Positions 41,741 to 56,627 are shown, numbered from the stretch's first letter. The stretch is DNA of 64,000 nucleotides from the human T2T-CHM13v2.0 reference genome, Homo sapiens (GCF_009914755.1 NC_060925.1), one strand, 5' to 3'. Notes: a model not told the origin generated them from the letters alone. Numbers and translations: made by a program.

Positions 41741-42339
41741 CTGGTTCCCCGGGTGCCTACTAAGCAAGATTGTTCTGGGTTAAACAGCAGAGTTTTTGTA
41801 CTGCCAACTGCTGTCCGCAACTCCAGAGCCTGAGATGAAATTCTCAGGTGTCCAAGGAAAGGCAGAGGCTACCCCTGGTGTTTCCTCTCCACTGTGCCCT
41901 ACACTGTGCTCGGGCACTTCTTTAAATAACTGATTTTCAGATATACGAAGAACATTTGTAAGAAGGAGCACCAGTTTATAGTCTGCAGAGAGGGCCCACG
42001 TCTTAGTGCAGCGCCATGGAAATGGACAGAGACAAGGCACCGGTTCCAGAATCACACATATGTGACTGCTACTCATGGGGCAGGAGCTAGGAGGACTCAG
42101 GTTTTTTTGTGAAAGGCCATGCAGATGCTATTAATATCTCATTTCATCCTCACTAGAACCCTACAAAGTATGTAACATGTCCCATGTTACAGATGGGAAG
42201 AGCGAGCTTTGGTCATCTGCACCAAATTATACACTTAGCAAGGGGTAGATCCGGCATTTGAATCTCTACCTCCAAATCTTCTGTCCCTCCCAGCACATCT
42301 CCTAAGAGAGAATGTGATCCTATTTAAAACTACAACCAA

Positions 42340-42575
42340 GAGTAGTGGCTAAGTTCACAGGCTGGAGCCAGAATGTCTGGGTTTGACCAGCTCTGCCACC
42401 TACTTGCTATATGACTGAGGGCAAGTCGCTTATTTTCTCTGTACCTCTTTCTATATCTGTAAGATGCGAATAATAATTGCACCTATCCTATTGGATTGTA
42501 TTGAGGAATGAATGTATTAGTATTTGTAAAGTGTTTAGCACAGTGCTTGGCACATGGTAAATATTTACTTAAGTG
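42340..42575 (+). mobile_element. MIR
   Basis: Contains ggctggagccagaatgtctgggttt...tgtaaagtgtttagcacagtgcttggcacatggtaa. Confidence 0.8.
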
Positions 42576-44532
42576 TGTGAAATAAATAAAAATGTAAAAC
42601 TTTCTCTTGTATGGGTACTTATACACAGACGACAAATAAACCAGGGTAATAGATGTGTCATCACAGAAAATTTATATAAATCAACTTTCACAGTTGCCAA
42701 TGTAGCAAGCCCACCACAAACACTGTTGTGGGACCTGATAGCTTTCCATCTGAATTGTTGATGTGAAGAATACATTTGGAAGAGTCCTGGGCTTTAGTCT
42801 CAGATCTGACATGAATTACTGCGTGACTTGGAGAAGGCATTTCACTCTTCTGGGCCCTGCTTCTTCCCAGGTGGAAAGCTGCCCCGGTGACCAGGCAGCA
42901 TGGCATTGGGAAGGAAAGTGCCCAGAAATGGCATCCAAGCCCCACAGGGTCTGGTTCTCCCACATACGAATTTTATAACTTTGGACAAAACTGCTTTATT
43001 TCTTTGCATCTCTATTTCTTCTCTCTAAAATGGAGAAAATGGTGTCCGTCCCCTTATTTCACAGGGTTGGGGGCAAGTAAGAAAGGGAACATTAGAGCCC
43101 CTTTGCAAACAGGGCTCTCCACAGGCATCTCCTTTGCTGGGTAACAGGTGGATACTTAGTAAGTATTTGTGGTTTCCAAGTCAGTGTAAAAATCTAAAAA
43201 ATAAATAAATACATAAATAGATGTTTGTGGAAATGACGTGTAGCACCTATCATTGTCTGATGTAGTTTTCCTTGTTTGTTACTTGTTTCTCCATCCCCCT
43301 AGAAGCTAAGGTTTCTGAAAGCAAGGACATCTCTGTCTATATCCCTGCAACTGTTAAAGAGTCAGTACTTAATAAATACTTATTGACCGAATTTGTGGAA
43401 AGTATGAATACATGAACCAATGAATAAATGACTCTGAAGTTACATGAGAAGCAAACAAACTTACCTAAAGATATTAATGAAAGTCCAAAGTCCTAAGAAA
43501 CAAGGTATGCAGGACTAAAGCTCTTGGTGTATTGTATCATCTGACTCCTCTAAATTCTTTTCTTTGGGGAGGTGGTTTGGGTGGAGAAATGGCAGAGTTA
43601 AGATACTATAAAGTTGTTAAATTAACATACTCAGCAGGTCCACAGACTTTCTAAAGCTGAATACCAACTGGGATAATTAAAGGCCAGAGCCTTCTTTTTT
43701 AATTGACTCTCCAATAAACTACCTGCTGACAAAGGCATAGTTAAGTTGATTCCTGCAAGAATAAAGAAACGTTTCTCTTCCATTCTTAATTTTTTAAAAA
43801 GTCCCCACTTTCCCCTCTAGCTCGATGAGCACTTAAATTCACCAGAATTAAAAGGAAAGTTACCAAATACTTTTTTTTTTAAACTAAGCAAGCCTGTAAC
43901 ATCCCTTCTTCTCAGCAATCAACTCATGAAGGCACGGAAGTGGCTTGTGCTGAGGAAGGCATTCGGAGGGAGCTATGGGGGCGGGGGAGGTGGTCACACC
44001 AGCTCTTCACCAAGGGATGGAGAAGTGCCCAGGAGCCTCCCTCATTCCTCTCCATCCCTGTGGTCTAAAATAAAATCTACCATCTAAAAAATACTGTTCT
44101 AAAAATAGGGAGTTTGGCTTAAATCCACCAGTTGGTGTTTTGATTTTTAAATTATGTGCAAAAAATTACGCTTAAGACCCAGAGAGTATTAGTAAGTAAT
44201 TCAAGGAGGTTGCCATTTTATTTTGATTCCAAAGTTCTAAAACATTTATTCTCTCAGAGTCTGAGGAAAGGTGAAAAGAGACAACAGAAAGGGGGTAAAA
44301 TGATGTAGAAGGCTTAAATTCCAGTTTGAAAGTGAAAGGCAGCTAAACATTCCTAAAGCAAATAATATACTTTAAAAGTGTGTGTTTTTTTTTTCTTTTT
44401 TGGTGGTGGAGGCCATGCTATAATTCACTCTAAATAAGTAGAAGAAAAACTGGTGAGTTTCAACTTAGTTACTCCTATCTTTCCTGATACCATTTTGGGA
44501 TCCAACTTTTATGCACACAAAACTGCAAATAA

Positions 44533-44867
<335 letters not shown>

Positions 44868-46609
44868 CATAAAAAATCTATTGAGTGTTCGATGGCCCAA
44901 GACTGTATCATCTTTGGAGTAAGAGTTTTAAAGCCTCCCTCATCAGACACCAATCATAACCAGAATGTATTTTCAGAAAGGTGTGCTATTACAGTATCTT
45001 GATTAATGAATATTAATTTTACATGAAATTGGGCTATTTTAAAAAAGCTTTCACTTAATGAGAGTGAGGTGGGCAAGTAGTGTTATAAGAAGCAAATATT
45101 AATGCTATCTGCTTCTGGACAGAAAGACTGAAGTACCTAAAAAGTCTGATTTTACATGTGAACTTTAGCAACACAATTTTCAGCTCATCTCTAAAGATTT
45201 GAACTTGTGTGTGGGTAGCATCATGTGTGGACCACAAAAGTCACCATCTCTCCTCCTCTTCCCGGAACAAACACCCACAAACTGATGGGGATGCTCTGAA
45301 GGTTAAACTGGATCTTCTAATTGTCCAGGAACGTATGCTATGCAAACAATGTTGGCTCCCTGTACCAAGGCAGAGCTATTGTGGGACTTGAGGCTGCTGG
45401 CTATGAGGAGAAGGATGGTGGGGCACAGTTCTATTCACTGGGGCAAAGTGGGAACCCAAAAGAGGGTGGCTGAAATGTTTTATTATCCTAATCTTCAGAG
45501 GACAAATAATTACAGAACATTCTATATCAGAACAAGAGACTGTTAGTCTGCATGAGGGGGCAGGGAGAGAAAGGCAGAGGGCAGAGATAAAGAACTTTCC
45601 TTTTTGTGGGGGCAGGGAAAGGAGAGAACCTAAAGGGTGGACTACAATTCACTTTTCGAAGGAGTTTTCTGTTTGTAATATGCTTCCTTTGAAGAGTGGA
45701 AGTTCTGGGCATTTGGAAGTTTGGTTACAGATCAAGAAAGAAATTCCTGGCTTTCCAGAGTTTGGTGGCTACCAATCAAAGGTCAATCAGATACAAAAAT
45801 CAGAGTAGTCCTGAAACCATACCATAGGCTACTGGGAAGATGTAACATGCTTTATAAAAAAATAACAATAATCTCTTGCATGCATTTTTCTCTTCAGTGA
45901 AACACAGGGATATGAGTTCTTTAAAAGAAGTAGCAAGAAGGGCACAAAAAACAGAAATCGTGCTTGGGGGGATAAGAAGAGAGGGTGGAGGAAGAAGTGC
46001 AGCGTCTTTTGGGATGGCAGCTGTTTTATTCGCACCCTCTAAGAGTTCCTGAAATAATTAACATGCACTGCCATTCTTGTTTTTCCAGTGGTGATTTCAT
46101 CTAGTCCCTACAGAAACTGAGAATTAAATGTCATGGTTTTGTGTTTTGGAAAGCAAAACTCTCCCCCAAACAAGGGAGTTCTGAATACTGCTGAGAGCAT
46201 GTGAGATCTGAAAAGTCTGCAGAGTGCTAATCATTAACATGCTACTTTTGGAGGCAGGACTGCCCCTTTCTTTGCTATCACATTTCCTTCTATTTGATCC
46301 TGCCCTGTACTGGTTTACTTTCTGTTTCTCCCACTCATTACCACGCATTCTTCCATAACACATGTGAAGTCCAGAATAGCCTCTCCCTTTCGGTTGGCCA
46401 ACTCAACACTTCCCTTACAAACTCTCCTTAAAAAAAAAAAAATCATCTCTGACTTATTTTCCAAGGACTTTCCCTCTTCCCACTCCCCTGGAGGGGAGGG
46501 GGTGGGGAACAACCAAACCCTCCATTTCTTCCTGAATAATGCAGGAGAATAAAGCAGAAGGTCTACAGACATTACTTATAGTAACCGCAAATAAAAAGGT
46601 GTCTAAGAA

Positions 46610-46900
46610 GAATAGTCTGCTAACTTAGTTTGGAGGGAGACAGATTTGGGTTCGCATCCTGCCTTTGTCATTTGCTCGTAGTGAGACTATGGATAGGTCG
46701 CTTAACCTTTCCCTAAACCTCTGTTTTTTTCACCTGCAAAATGGAACTTTACATTAGGGTAAAATTATTATTTTAAGATAACAGTATTAGGAGTTTTAAT
46801 AATAAAAAAGCCCTTCCAAGGCTGTAAAGGGAATTAAATGAGACAAAGCATATGGAGTGCCTGGAACACAGTAAGCACTCAATAAATGTTTGCTGCTACT
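46610..46900 (+). mobile_element. MIR
   Basis: Contains tttgggttcgcatcctg...cacctgcaaaatgg...gcctggaacacagtaagcactcaataaatg. Confidence 0.7.
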
Positions 46901-48632
46901 GATGATGATGTAAATCTTTTGAGGAGGAATGTCATCCTTTCCCCCACTGCATATATAGTAACACGGATTCAGTGCTTCTCAAAGCTAAAATACAGTACCA
47001 GGAGGAAGGGTCTGGGTACAACTGTTTGCTGATTGCTGCCCCCAGGAAGCACGTCTCAGAGGCAGCCTGCACGACAGAGCAAAGGGCTTATTTTAGGAGC
47101 CTCCAATCAGGACAGACTGGTTGATCTGGATGCCTCACCTGGCAAGGCAGCCTCAGCCACACGCCCATCTCCACAGGCTATCGGCATTTCCAGTGGGATG
47201 CACCACAGCCCCAGACTGAGAATTTTTATCCACAACTTGTTCCCCTCTCCTGATCTCCCTTCTCCCTTTTGGAGACCTCAAGGCTGGAGAGAAATGAAAA
47301 GCAACAGCTCTGCCTGACAAATAAGGTAAGGACTCTGCCTCTCAGGTGCTGAGTCACTGGTTAGGAACTGTCCCATCTACAGACTCTCCCAGAAATTTAC
47401 ACAAAAACACAAAGTTGGGCTCCAAACCTTGGGCACTCTCAGAAAGGCTATGATTCACCAGGGTGTGCTTCAGAACTGAAACTCTGGGTACAGAAGGTAC
47501 CCACTGCCCAGCCTGCCAACAACCTATCTTCCTTTAAACAACAAAAACGGAGCAGAAAGAGGAAAAAAGCCTGAACCTTTCCTAATAAGGTAATACCACA
47601 TGCCATTTGTAGTTTTGAATTGCTTGGCACGCCAGGATCATATGACATTCACCGCAGCTACTGCTTCATGCTTGTGTGAGGCTCTCCAGGAAAAATGAGA
47701 GAGTCTTTGGTGTGCCTCTGGGGGATTACAAACGAACAGGGAACATGTTCTCCCAGTGGAACCTCACATTTTCCTGATTAACCACACTTGCCTCACATCC
47801 CTCTTTCACACTGCTGCCTGCAGGCCTCTTGCTTTGTGGGCTCAGGCATTGTAAAAGTTCTCAGGTTGCTTTGTATGCAGGTTTTCTCTCTCCAACGAGG
47901 TGCACGCTTTTTGAGGGCAGAAACACTCCTTTATTTCTTTTGTTTCACCCTGCTATGCTCATCACAGCGTAATTCACCCAGCAGTTACTCAATAAATGCT
48001 TGATGACAGACTAGTGCTGAGAATTTTACAGATCAGTAGGTGATCATTTTATATCATTAGCCCCTAACTTACAAATCGGCAGGGTTTCAAAAGTTGGTTT
48101 CAAAGAAGGTATTTATGTAGCATATTTTCCCATAGAAACAGTGTTATAACTGGGGCTTAGGTTTCCAGGCCCTCTTATTTCTCAGAATATCCTATATCTA
48201 CTTACATGCAGTCTTATTGAGCTCTCTCATTTGCCTCAGACTCACATTAGACTGCCAGTATATGTGCAGGATAAACTCTAGTTCTTTCAGTTACAGCAAT
48301 GCTGACTTGCACAAATTTCCTTTCCCACTTATTAGTCGTATTTTCATATTTTATGACACTATATGTAGCAGCAGGTAATAAATTACTCATCATATACTTT
48401 AAAAATAACACTAACAGGTAAGGAGTTATTTTTGCTCCTCATTAAAAAAGATGCATGAACTTTTGTTTTTCCTTTTACATTAAAATATTTTTCACCAGTT
48501 TTTAACCTCAGTTATTATTTGGGCCACTCCAGACTTTCCCAACCATTTACACACATTCACCCCCTCACCCACCCACCCACGCATCCACTCATAGTCTACC
48601 AGGACTGCCCATTTACATGGATACACATACAG

Positions 48633-48674
48633 ACACACACACACACACACACACACACGTGCATATACACACAC
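48633..48674. repeat. (CA)n microsatellite
   Basis: Directly visible. Confidence 0.95.
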
Positions 48675-50646
48675 GTTTTAAAATGCATTCTGGGCCACTA
48701 AAAATATTTATTAGCCATTATAGAAATGAATGACATTAGTTTTCAAAGTAAAAGCTATAGTTGTTCAACAGAGAGGCAGAGTCTGTGAGCCACTTCTCAC
48801 TACAGCATAGGGAGAATGTTTAATGGCACCTCTGGGAATAATATAGTATCTGAAGAAAAAAGCTTTCAATGGCTCAGGGGGCAGGACAGTCACCTTCAGT
48901 TGCCTGTCCCACAGTTAGGGTCTCTGTACCCAGTCTCCTCCAGAGCCTCAAGAGTGGCAGCTCTGGGGAAACACTGTCCCCTGTCCAGGGTGGGGTCTTC
49001 AAACAGGTCAGGGTTGCTGTGTTTGGGGTCTTGAGTACAAAAGTACATGCACACAAATGTCGACTGGCGTACTGCTTCTGGGATACTTAGGTAACCTGAA
49101 AAGCCATACCTCGGCCCTTATTCCCATTCAATAGCATCCTGAAAAGAAATCTAAGTGATTTTCCAGCATGGCTTGTGAGACATCTCTTGTGTCTCTATGG
49201 CTGGTGGAAAGAGTTATCATGCAGATGCTCTAGAAGAGTCAAACCCAAACCATAAGCAAACAGAAACCTCTCTCAAGACTAATGTGCTGAACACGGGTAC
49301 TGAATGAGGTGAGCCTCTCCCCATTTTCTGGAGTCCACAGCTGTCTTTCTAAGCTAAGTCGGCATTTAAGTGGCACAACAGAGATGCCAGGTTAATGGCT
49401 GTGAAGGATGACAAATATCAGTATGGTCGTATTACATCTGTCTTTCAGCAAGAGTTATTACCAAGACATAAGAAACTGCAGTCCCTTCCCTGCCCCATAG
49501 CACCTCATAGTTACTCAATGTGGCCCATCCTCAATTGATTACGCTGACCCTTTAATGAGAAGTTCTGATAACCATATGCTTGTTAGCAGGCCTTTTCTTT
49601 GATCAGCTCTTACAGGAAATCTAACGTATACTCCTTCACTCTCCCACCACTGGGAGAAATATAATTGAATCAATGCAGTAATTAAGTACCCCATATTCAT
49701 CTTTCCTTGGCGTTTCAGGATGTTGCTCTGGTTCCAGGTCTCACTGGAGAGAAGAGGGCAGCTGTCCAGAAGTAGCAAGTATAAGAGACTGGTCTGAATG
49801 TACCAGGATCACAACAGACATTTTGAAAGTTTACTTTGTTTACTTTGTCTCTGAAAAATGCCAAGCATGTAGGAGTTTGGGGTTAACAGGTTGCATGCAG
49901 TCAGATCCCAGTACCTTGAGCTGTTATTCTAATTTAAGGAATGCAGACATGTGGCATGGAGGTTGCCTCTTTTCCTCTTGCACTCACGGTAGACATCCCT
50001 AATGGATCAGCACTCATGGCAGCTATCACTAATGAGTCATGGTGTTCTTTCCTGTTGGGCCCAGACATGAGCTAGTTAATACTTCTTTTCAACACCTCGC
50101 CCCAATCACATAAGTTGGAAACAATGAACTATTTTTGTTCTAATTGATTTCATATACTTTAATTTCTTTCCTTAAAGTAACTGACAGTTGACTAAGGTAT
50201 CATTACTTTATTTTAGCAACATTCTCTCTATACTTCTTAGCTAATTCCTCCACTAATCTGAGCTACAAATAATATGGGATATCATCCATTGCCAGACACT
50301 GTTAGACACTAAGTGCCAATTTATGTCCCTGTGTCCTTACAAAAATCTCAAGGCAGGGAAAGGTGGCTCGAATCTGACCTGTATTATGGCTTCCAGTAAC
50401 CTTTCCAGGTGACTGCTACGCTGAATTATTGGCCTCCCTTTGCTTCCTACAGTGTCACCACTGCATTCACTTTGTCATACTACAATGGTCTGTCCATGTG
50501 CCCTCTTCCCTACTTAGCTCCACAACAGCAGGACCCATGTCTTACTTAACCTTTCAATGCCCAGCACATGGAACACTGCTGAATATAGAGTGGGTGTTTG
50601 GTAATTATGTTGAAAGAATTTTTTTTTAAGTTCTTGTTTTCAAATA

Positions 50647-50868
50647 CAAGTTGAGCATCCCAAATCTGAAAATCCAAAATCCTCCAAAATCTGAAACTTT
50701 TTGGGCTCTGACATAACACTCAAATGAAATGCTTACTGACGCATTTCAAATTTGGGATGCTCAACTGGTAAGTATATAATGTAAATATTCCAAAACCTGA
50801 AAAAAAAAAAACCTGAAATCTGAAACACTTCTGGATCCAAGCATTTCAGATAAGCGATTCTCAATCTG
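50647..50868 (+). mobile_element. Tigger4a-like TcMar MITE
   Basis: ta|caagttgagcatccc...gataagcgattctcaatctg|ta, with TA target duplication. Confidence 0.85.
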
Positions 50869-52289
50869 TACTTGCTGAGTTTCAATTCATGCCCTACAGT
50901 GAACATGACCCATGACAAGTCCTGCGACTGGAGGAAATTTACTTCATAAAGTAAGGAGTGGTGGGCAGGCCAGCCAGAACTGAAGCGGGGGCCAGGGCAG
51001 CCCCGATACCTTCCATGAATCAGCTGTTCGCATGCACCTCCCCTCCAAGCATGAAAAGCATTCACAGCTCAGCTTCTGCCTCCATGCTTCACTGCTGGGT
51101 TTGCAATTTGCCTTTCTGTACCTCCCACACTGGACTGTGCTCTGTATCCCTAGCACTTACTAAAGTGTTCGGTCAGTGGTGAATAAAGATCTTTGAAGGG
51201 GTCTGTAGTAAAGACAGCACTGGCCTGAGACTGGAAAATGGGGAGCTACTTCTAGAACTGCCCTGATCCCCTTGGGTGGTTTCTGTCTGAGTTGTTTTTG
51301 TGGTGTCGGTGAGAGAATGCCTGCCCAGCAGGACAGGTGGCGGGCGTTAAGTGTGGCAGTGTATGTGAGCACTCTGCCAGGGTAAAGGTAGGCGCTCCCT
51401 TCTCCTCTTCATGAGGCTGCCCTACACGGGCTGGTGTTGTCATTCCAGCATGCCCTGCCCCTTTGGCCACTCTCCTCTGGGCCACTTTGTGCAGCTCAGT
51501 GTAACAACTTTCTGTTCCCGGTCGTGCCCGGAGAGTTGTGAGCTCCCCACCTCTGCGCATGTTATTTCTTTTCCTTCATCTCTCCTCACCTCCAACTCTG
51601 TACAGATTTCTGGGCAGCTGGAGGGCAAGCTCTTGGCCTGGCCCACAGGTGCTGTGTGCTATGACTGCCGGTCACCTCTTCAGCTTGGTCCCAACCACGC
51701 CTACCTCCCACACACTAAGCCCCGGTCATACCTGAACTCATCATTCCTGTCCCCACCACAAACCTCCGCCTATTGTTGTGGTCTCCAGCTCAGGGAGTGG
51801 CACTGTCATCCAGGCAGCTGCCGAAGCCAGACACCCCAGAGTCGTTCTGGACTCCCCACTCCTCCACCACACCCCTTCTTCTGTCTCCAAGTCCTGCTTA
51901 CGCCACCTCAATATTTCTCAAATTAGTATATTTTTACCCCACTGCCCCACCCTAGTTGGGAGTATAAGCAGCTGGCCCCTGGATCACTGTAGCACAGCCA
52001 TGGCTGTCTAGCTGGTCTCTCTACCTCCCCTCAATCCACTCTGCACACCCAAAGTGATGTTTCTGTAAAGAAAAGTTGACTGTGACCCTCCCCTTTTAAA
52101 GTTCTGTCCACAGTTTAGATATCGCTTCCTGCAGGAAGCAGTGCTGATGCAGGAAGCCACAGCACCTCCGTCTCTCCCATCAGGATACCGAGCACACTTG
52201 TTGGTCTTCTGCATTAGAGGCCACTCCGTGAGGACTTCCTTGCTCTCCTCTGAGCAGTGGAAGGTTTTTAATCACTCCTTGTGTAGCAG

Positions 52290-52790
52290 GCACTCCAGCC
52301 TGCTACCTGACAGCCATCTAACTCCCTCCTCTCTGCTGGTAGAACAAGTTCACTCTTTCCTCATGTGATGAAGGTAAATCCAGATTGGTCTAGGCCACAT
52401 GGATGGCCCCAGACCACTTCTGAGTGTTTAGTGGTGGGCATGTGCCCCAGTTCTGACCAGTGAGACATGAGGGGAGGTTGGCTTGGGAATTTTGAAAGGT
52501 CTCTTCATTCATAGAGAGATGCATAAGAAACAGTTCTTTATCTGTCCGCCTTGGCGTTGTTACAAGAGGATGGGATGCCTTTGACCTTTCTGTACCTAGG
52601 AGGAGAGCTTGCTGATGCTCTGAGGATAGCAGAGTAGGTGGAAAGAGCTTGATGGTGTTGAGCTGCTGAATTACCAAACTGGAAGCAGACTACATGTGGA
52701 CTTCTTTTTATATGAGATGGTAAGTTCCCTTTGGTTTAGGCCATTTTGAATTGGGTTTTCTGTTACTTGGAGCTCAAACAGATTACAGAT
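52290..52790 (+). mobile_element. Old MaLR LTR (MLT1J-like)
   Basis: Contains gggcatgtgccccagttctgaccagtgagacatgagggga...ggtttaggccattttgaattgggttttctgttacttg. Confidence 0.6.
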
Positions 52791-54457
52791 TCTTGGGCAC
52801 TTTTCACTTCCTATTTTGTCTTAGAGGTACTTATTAGGTACAAATCTTGTTTCTTGTTTTAGACTGTGGTCTTTTTAAGGGCAGCATTTGCATTTTGATA
52901 GATCCTTGTATCTCCCAGAGGCTGGTGGCTTGTCCTACTCTTGAGATTGAATGAAGAGCCAGCATCGTCTTCCGGCCTCACACTATAAGGTCTCACAACC
53001 TGTAGATGGGCCTTCTTCAGGGGCTTAATTTCTTCATTTATTTTTACAAATGTTCAATGTAGGAAGAAACATGAACAAAATATAAAAGCTCTACAGTCCA
53101 CTCTAGGAGGCAAACCTATCACATCCATCCTTATATACCTCACTGTACTGAACACATGCTTTGTGCAAAGTGGATACTCAAAATGTTTGCTAAAGGAATA
53201 ATTTAATTTGCCTCTGATGAGTCAAGAGCACTTAGGACTTTTATAATGTCCTAAGGTCATAACGAACAGTAATTACCGACAAATAGTGCTAAATATATCC
53301 TGGTTCTAGGAGATCACTGGTAGTAAGGTTTTGTTTGTTTATATGACAGCCTTGATCCACCAAGATGCTAAAGCCTTAAAATAGAACAAGCAGAACTAGG
53401 CTTTGTACAGTGAAGCAAAAAAATAAAAGTTTGAGCAGCAGAGCTGCCCACTGGATGTGTGCTGAATGCCCATCTTACTTGTGCCTGGCCCTGGGGCTCA
53501 GCCAGGTAAGACGAACCCATTGTCCTCAAGGGGCTTAGAGTGTGGGAGTGGGAGGAAGAAAAACAGACAACTTCAAAAGAGTGCAGTAAATGTTATAATA
53601 GGTAAGGTAGAGGGTGCAATAGAGATTCCAAGGCCAGACCTGGTGCATTGAGAAGGTTTCTCAGAAGAGTATCTGAACACAAAGGGTAAGTTTATCATAC
53701 AGGAAGGGACCAAAAAAATAATAAATAAAAAGAAGAGTAGCATGATCAGGTCTGTAGTTTATAAAAAGCTAATTCTGACTGTAATATGAGGTAGGAGAGA
53801 CAAGGCTGAAGTCAGCAAGGCCAGTTGAGGGGCTGCTACAGTAATTCATTGTGGAATACCACAGGTTTCTCAGGCTGGAAACAGGTTAATGACAAATAAT
53901 GTCAGGCCTGGGTTTTCAAGAGCATGTGGTGCTATGGCTGCTGCTCAAAGGATGATGGCTCTGGACACCAGTTTCCCATCTTCTGGGTTCAGGATGGGGA
54001 GTGGGTTTGACTTGGAGGCCACAAGATAGGGTGTGATGGTTTTAACCTGGTGTGAGCATGAGTGCACGTGTGTGTGCATATGTGTGTGATGTGACGCTCC
54101 GCCTCCTCATTTACCACATCTCACAGTTAGGTGAGCACAGGAATGGCTCTGGTCCCAGCATGGCCACAGATTCCTCTGTGATCTAGTTCAAGGGGTCATA
54201 CCTCTTTGACCCCCAGCTTTTTCACAGGTCCTATCAAGAAGCTGGGCCAATCTCTAAAACCAATCAACTGGTCTGCCCGGGTCATCTGCACTGCAAGGTT
54301 TATGATTCTCTGTACCAGGGCTTCTCAGCCGGTGTACCCTGCTGAGGTTCAGGTATGCCTCAGCCCCAGGTGGCCTGACAGGGCCTGGACCATCCAGAGC
54401 CTCCAGCTGTGGGCATCTTCCTCCATGCTATAGTACGACTTTTCTAAATGTGCCATT

Positions 54458-54806
54458 TAAGTTGAGTATCCCTTATTCAAAATGCTTGTCACCAGAAATG
54501 TTTTAAATTTTTGGATTTTTCTCAGATCTTGGAGTATTTGTATATACATAATGAGATATCTTGGGGATAAGACCCAAGTCTAAACTTGAAATTCATTTAT
54601 GTTGCATATAGGCCTTATACACAGAGCCCGAAGGTAATTTTATATACTTTAAATATTGTGTATGATACAAAGTTTGTTCACACTGAACCATCACAAAGCA
54701 AAGGTGTCAGACAGGGAATTTTCCACTTCTGGTGTCATGTCAGTGCTCAAAAAATTTCTGAATTTTGGAGGATTTCAGATTCCTGGATTAGGAATGATCA
54801 GCCTAC
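54458..54806 (-). mobile_element. Tigger4b-like TcMar MITE
   Basis: aagttgagtatcccttattcaaaatgctt...ggatttcagattcctggattaggaatgatcagcct; reverse orientation relative to 50647-50868. Confidence 0.8.
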
Positions 54807-55420
54807 ATGAGGAAACAGGCAGGAAGCACCACTCTAGACAAGAGAAAGAAAAACATTCGCATGAGCCCAGAATCTCCTTTGGCTCATCACTCATGTCTCC
54901 TTCCGTCACTCAAGTGTCCACTAGCTCTTTAATGACAAAGCCAACACCAACCTGCTTCCAGCTGCATACTGGAAAGGCAACCAAAGACCAACATGGCTGG
55001 AAGATGCCAAGCAGTAGGGCCAAAGGGACTATCACAAATGGGAGCCTTTCCACTAGGGCTTTCCACCTCATGCCCTCCTGCCTTCCGGGGGACCTTGCTC
55101 TATACTGACTGTTGCCTTCCCTCCAGAAGCTCCAAACTCCCTCTCCATCTCCTTTGATATGTGTGATTTTGGTCACAGTGGAAAAAAATCTTGTATTTAC
55201 AGGGAGAAAAATTCAGAAGGAAAAGCACTGCTTTCTTTGAGAAGGCTGAACTAGGGGTCCCCAAGGACACTGGGGAGTGTTGGGAAGTTCTGAGAAAGAT
55301 TTGAGATGGCTCAGCTCACTTAAAAAGAAAACGCAGCAATGGACAGGGGTTACATAAACGAGTCTCTGTGCTCAGAATCGCAGGTCTGAAAAGGAGGTTT
55401 TAGTTTGGCTTTGGGTTTCC

Positions 55421-55719
55421 TTTTTTGTTTTTTTGAGACAGAGTTTTACTCTTGTCGCCCAGTCTGCAGTGCAGTGGCACGGTCTCGGCTCACTGCAGTG
55501 TCTGCCTCCCAGGTTCAAGCAATTCTCCTGCCTCAGCCTCCCGAGGAGCTGGGATTACAGGCACCCACGACCACACCCCTGGCTAATTTTTGTATTTTTA
55601 GTAAAGATGGGGTTTCACCATGTTGGCCAGGCTGGTCTCAAACTCCTGACCTCAGTCAATTTGCCTGCCTAGGCTTCCCAAAGTATTGGGATTACAGGTG
55701 TGAGCCACTGCGTCCAGCC
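55421..55719 (-). mobile_element. Full-length AluS
   Basis: Both arms; TSD gctttgggtttcct on both sides. Confidence 0.94.
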
Positions 55720-56265
55720 CTAGCTTTGGGTTTCCTATTGCAGCAACACATTAGAATAAACAAACAACCAAACCCTTGGGACTGAACTAATACACCTGGA
55801 GAAGGATTAATGTGGCCTGGGTCCTGCTATCCCTCCTCAGACCTAGTATTTCGCCATGACGATGAAATACTATTGGCTGGTAGCAGCGGCCAGCTCGCTA
55901 ACCTGGGCAGCAGACCCCTCTCTGCTCTTCACACAGCTTGGCATTGGCCTGGTGTCAGGATTGGGGAGCATGCTGGACAGGGGCTGAGTGGCTGCTATAT
56001 GCACACTGGAGCACACATTGATAGTACAGCAGAGAGGGCTGGGCTCATCCCTGGTAACCTGTCAGCCCTGGCTTTTAGATGCTTGAAAGATGAGGTTGGA
56101 TACAACTATAGAACAAACCCACCCAAAAAAGTCCTTGAGAGAAAAACATGAAGCAAATAAAATCAGCTAAGATGCTCCCTGTGGAAGCGTGTCTTAAAAA
56201 CATTTGCCTTTTCCTGATTGCTCCAATGGAGGAATACCTTATTACCAACAAAAAGTTAGGAGTGA

Positions 56266-56627
56266 TGTATGGGAGCTAAAAAAGTAGACCTCATGGAGGT
56301 AGAGACTAGAATGGTGGTTACCAGAGGCTGGGAAGGGAAGGGGGGGATGAAAAGTTGGTTAAGGGGTCCCAAAATACAGTTAGGGAGAAAGAATAAGTTT
56401 TAGTATCTGACAGTACAGTAGAAAAATTAGAGTCAACAACAATTTATTGTATATTTCAAAACAGCTAAAAAAATGTGCAATGTTCCCAACACAAACAAAA
56501 GATAAATGTCTGAGGTGATGGACAGCCCAATTACCCTGATTTGATCATTATACATTGTATACATGATCAAAATACCACATGTATCCCCCAAATATGCACA
56601 ACTATTATACAACAATAAAAAATGTTT
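56266..56627 (+). mobile_element. 5'-truncated L1MA 3' end
   Basis: Contains gggagctaaaaaagtagacctcatggaggtagagactagaatggtggttaccagaggctggg...aataaaaa; TSD aaaaagttaggagtga/aagaagttaggggtga. Confidence 0.88.

Noticed and set aside
51411-51926. Longest ORF (171 aa)
   Set aside because: No recognisable domain, overlaps an L2-like relic, and several frames are open on both strands because of local GC content.
54656-55108. 150-aa ORF
   Set aside because: Begins at a non-ATG codon inside a Tigger MITE; no family similarity recognised.
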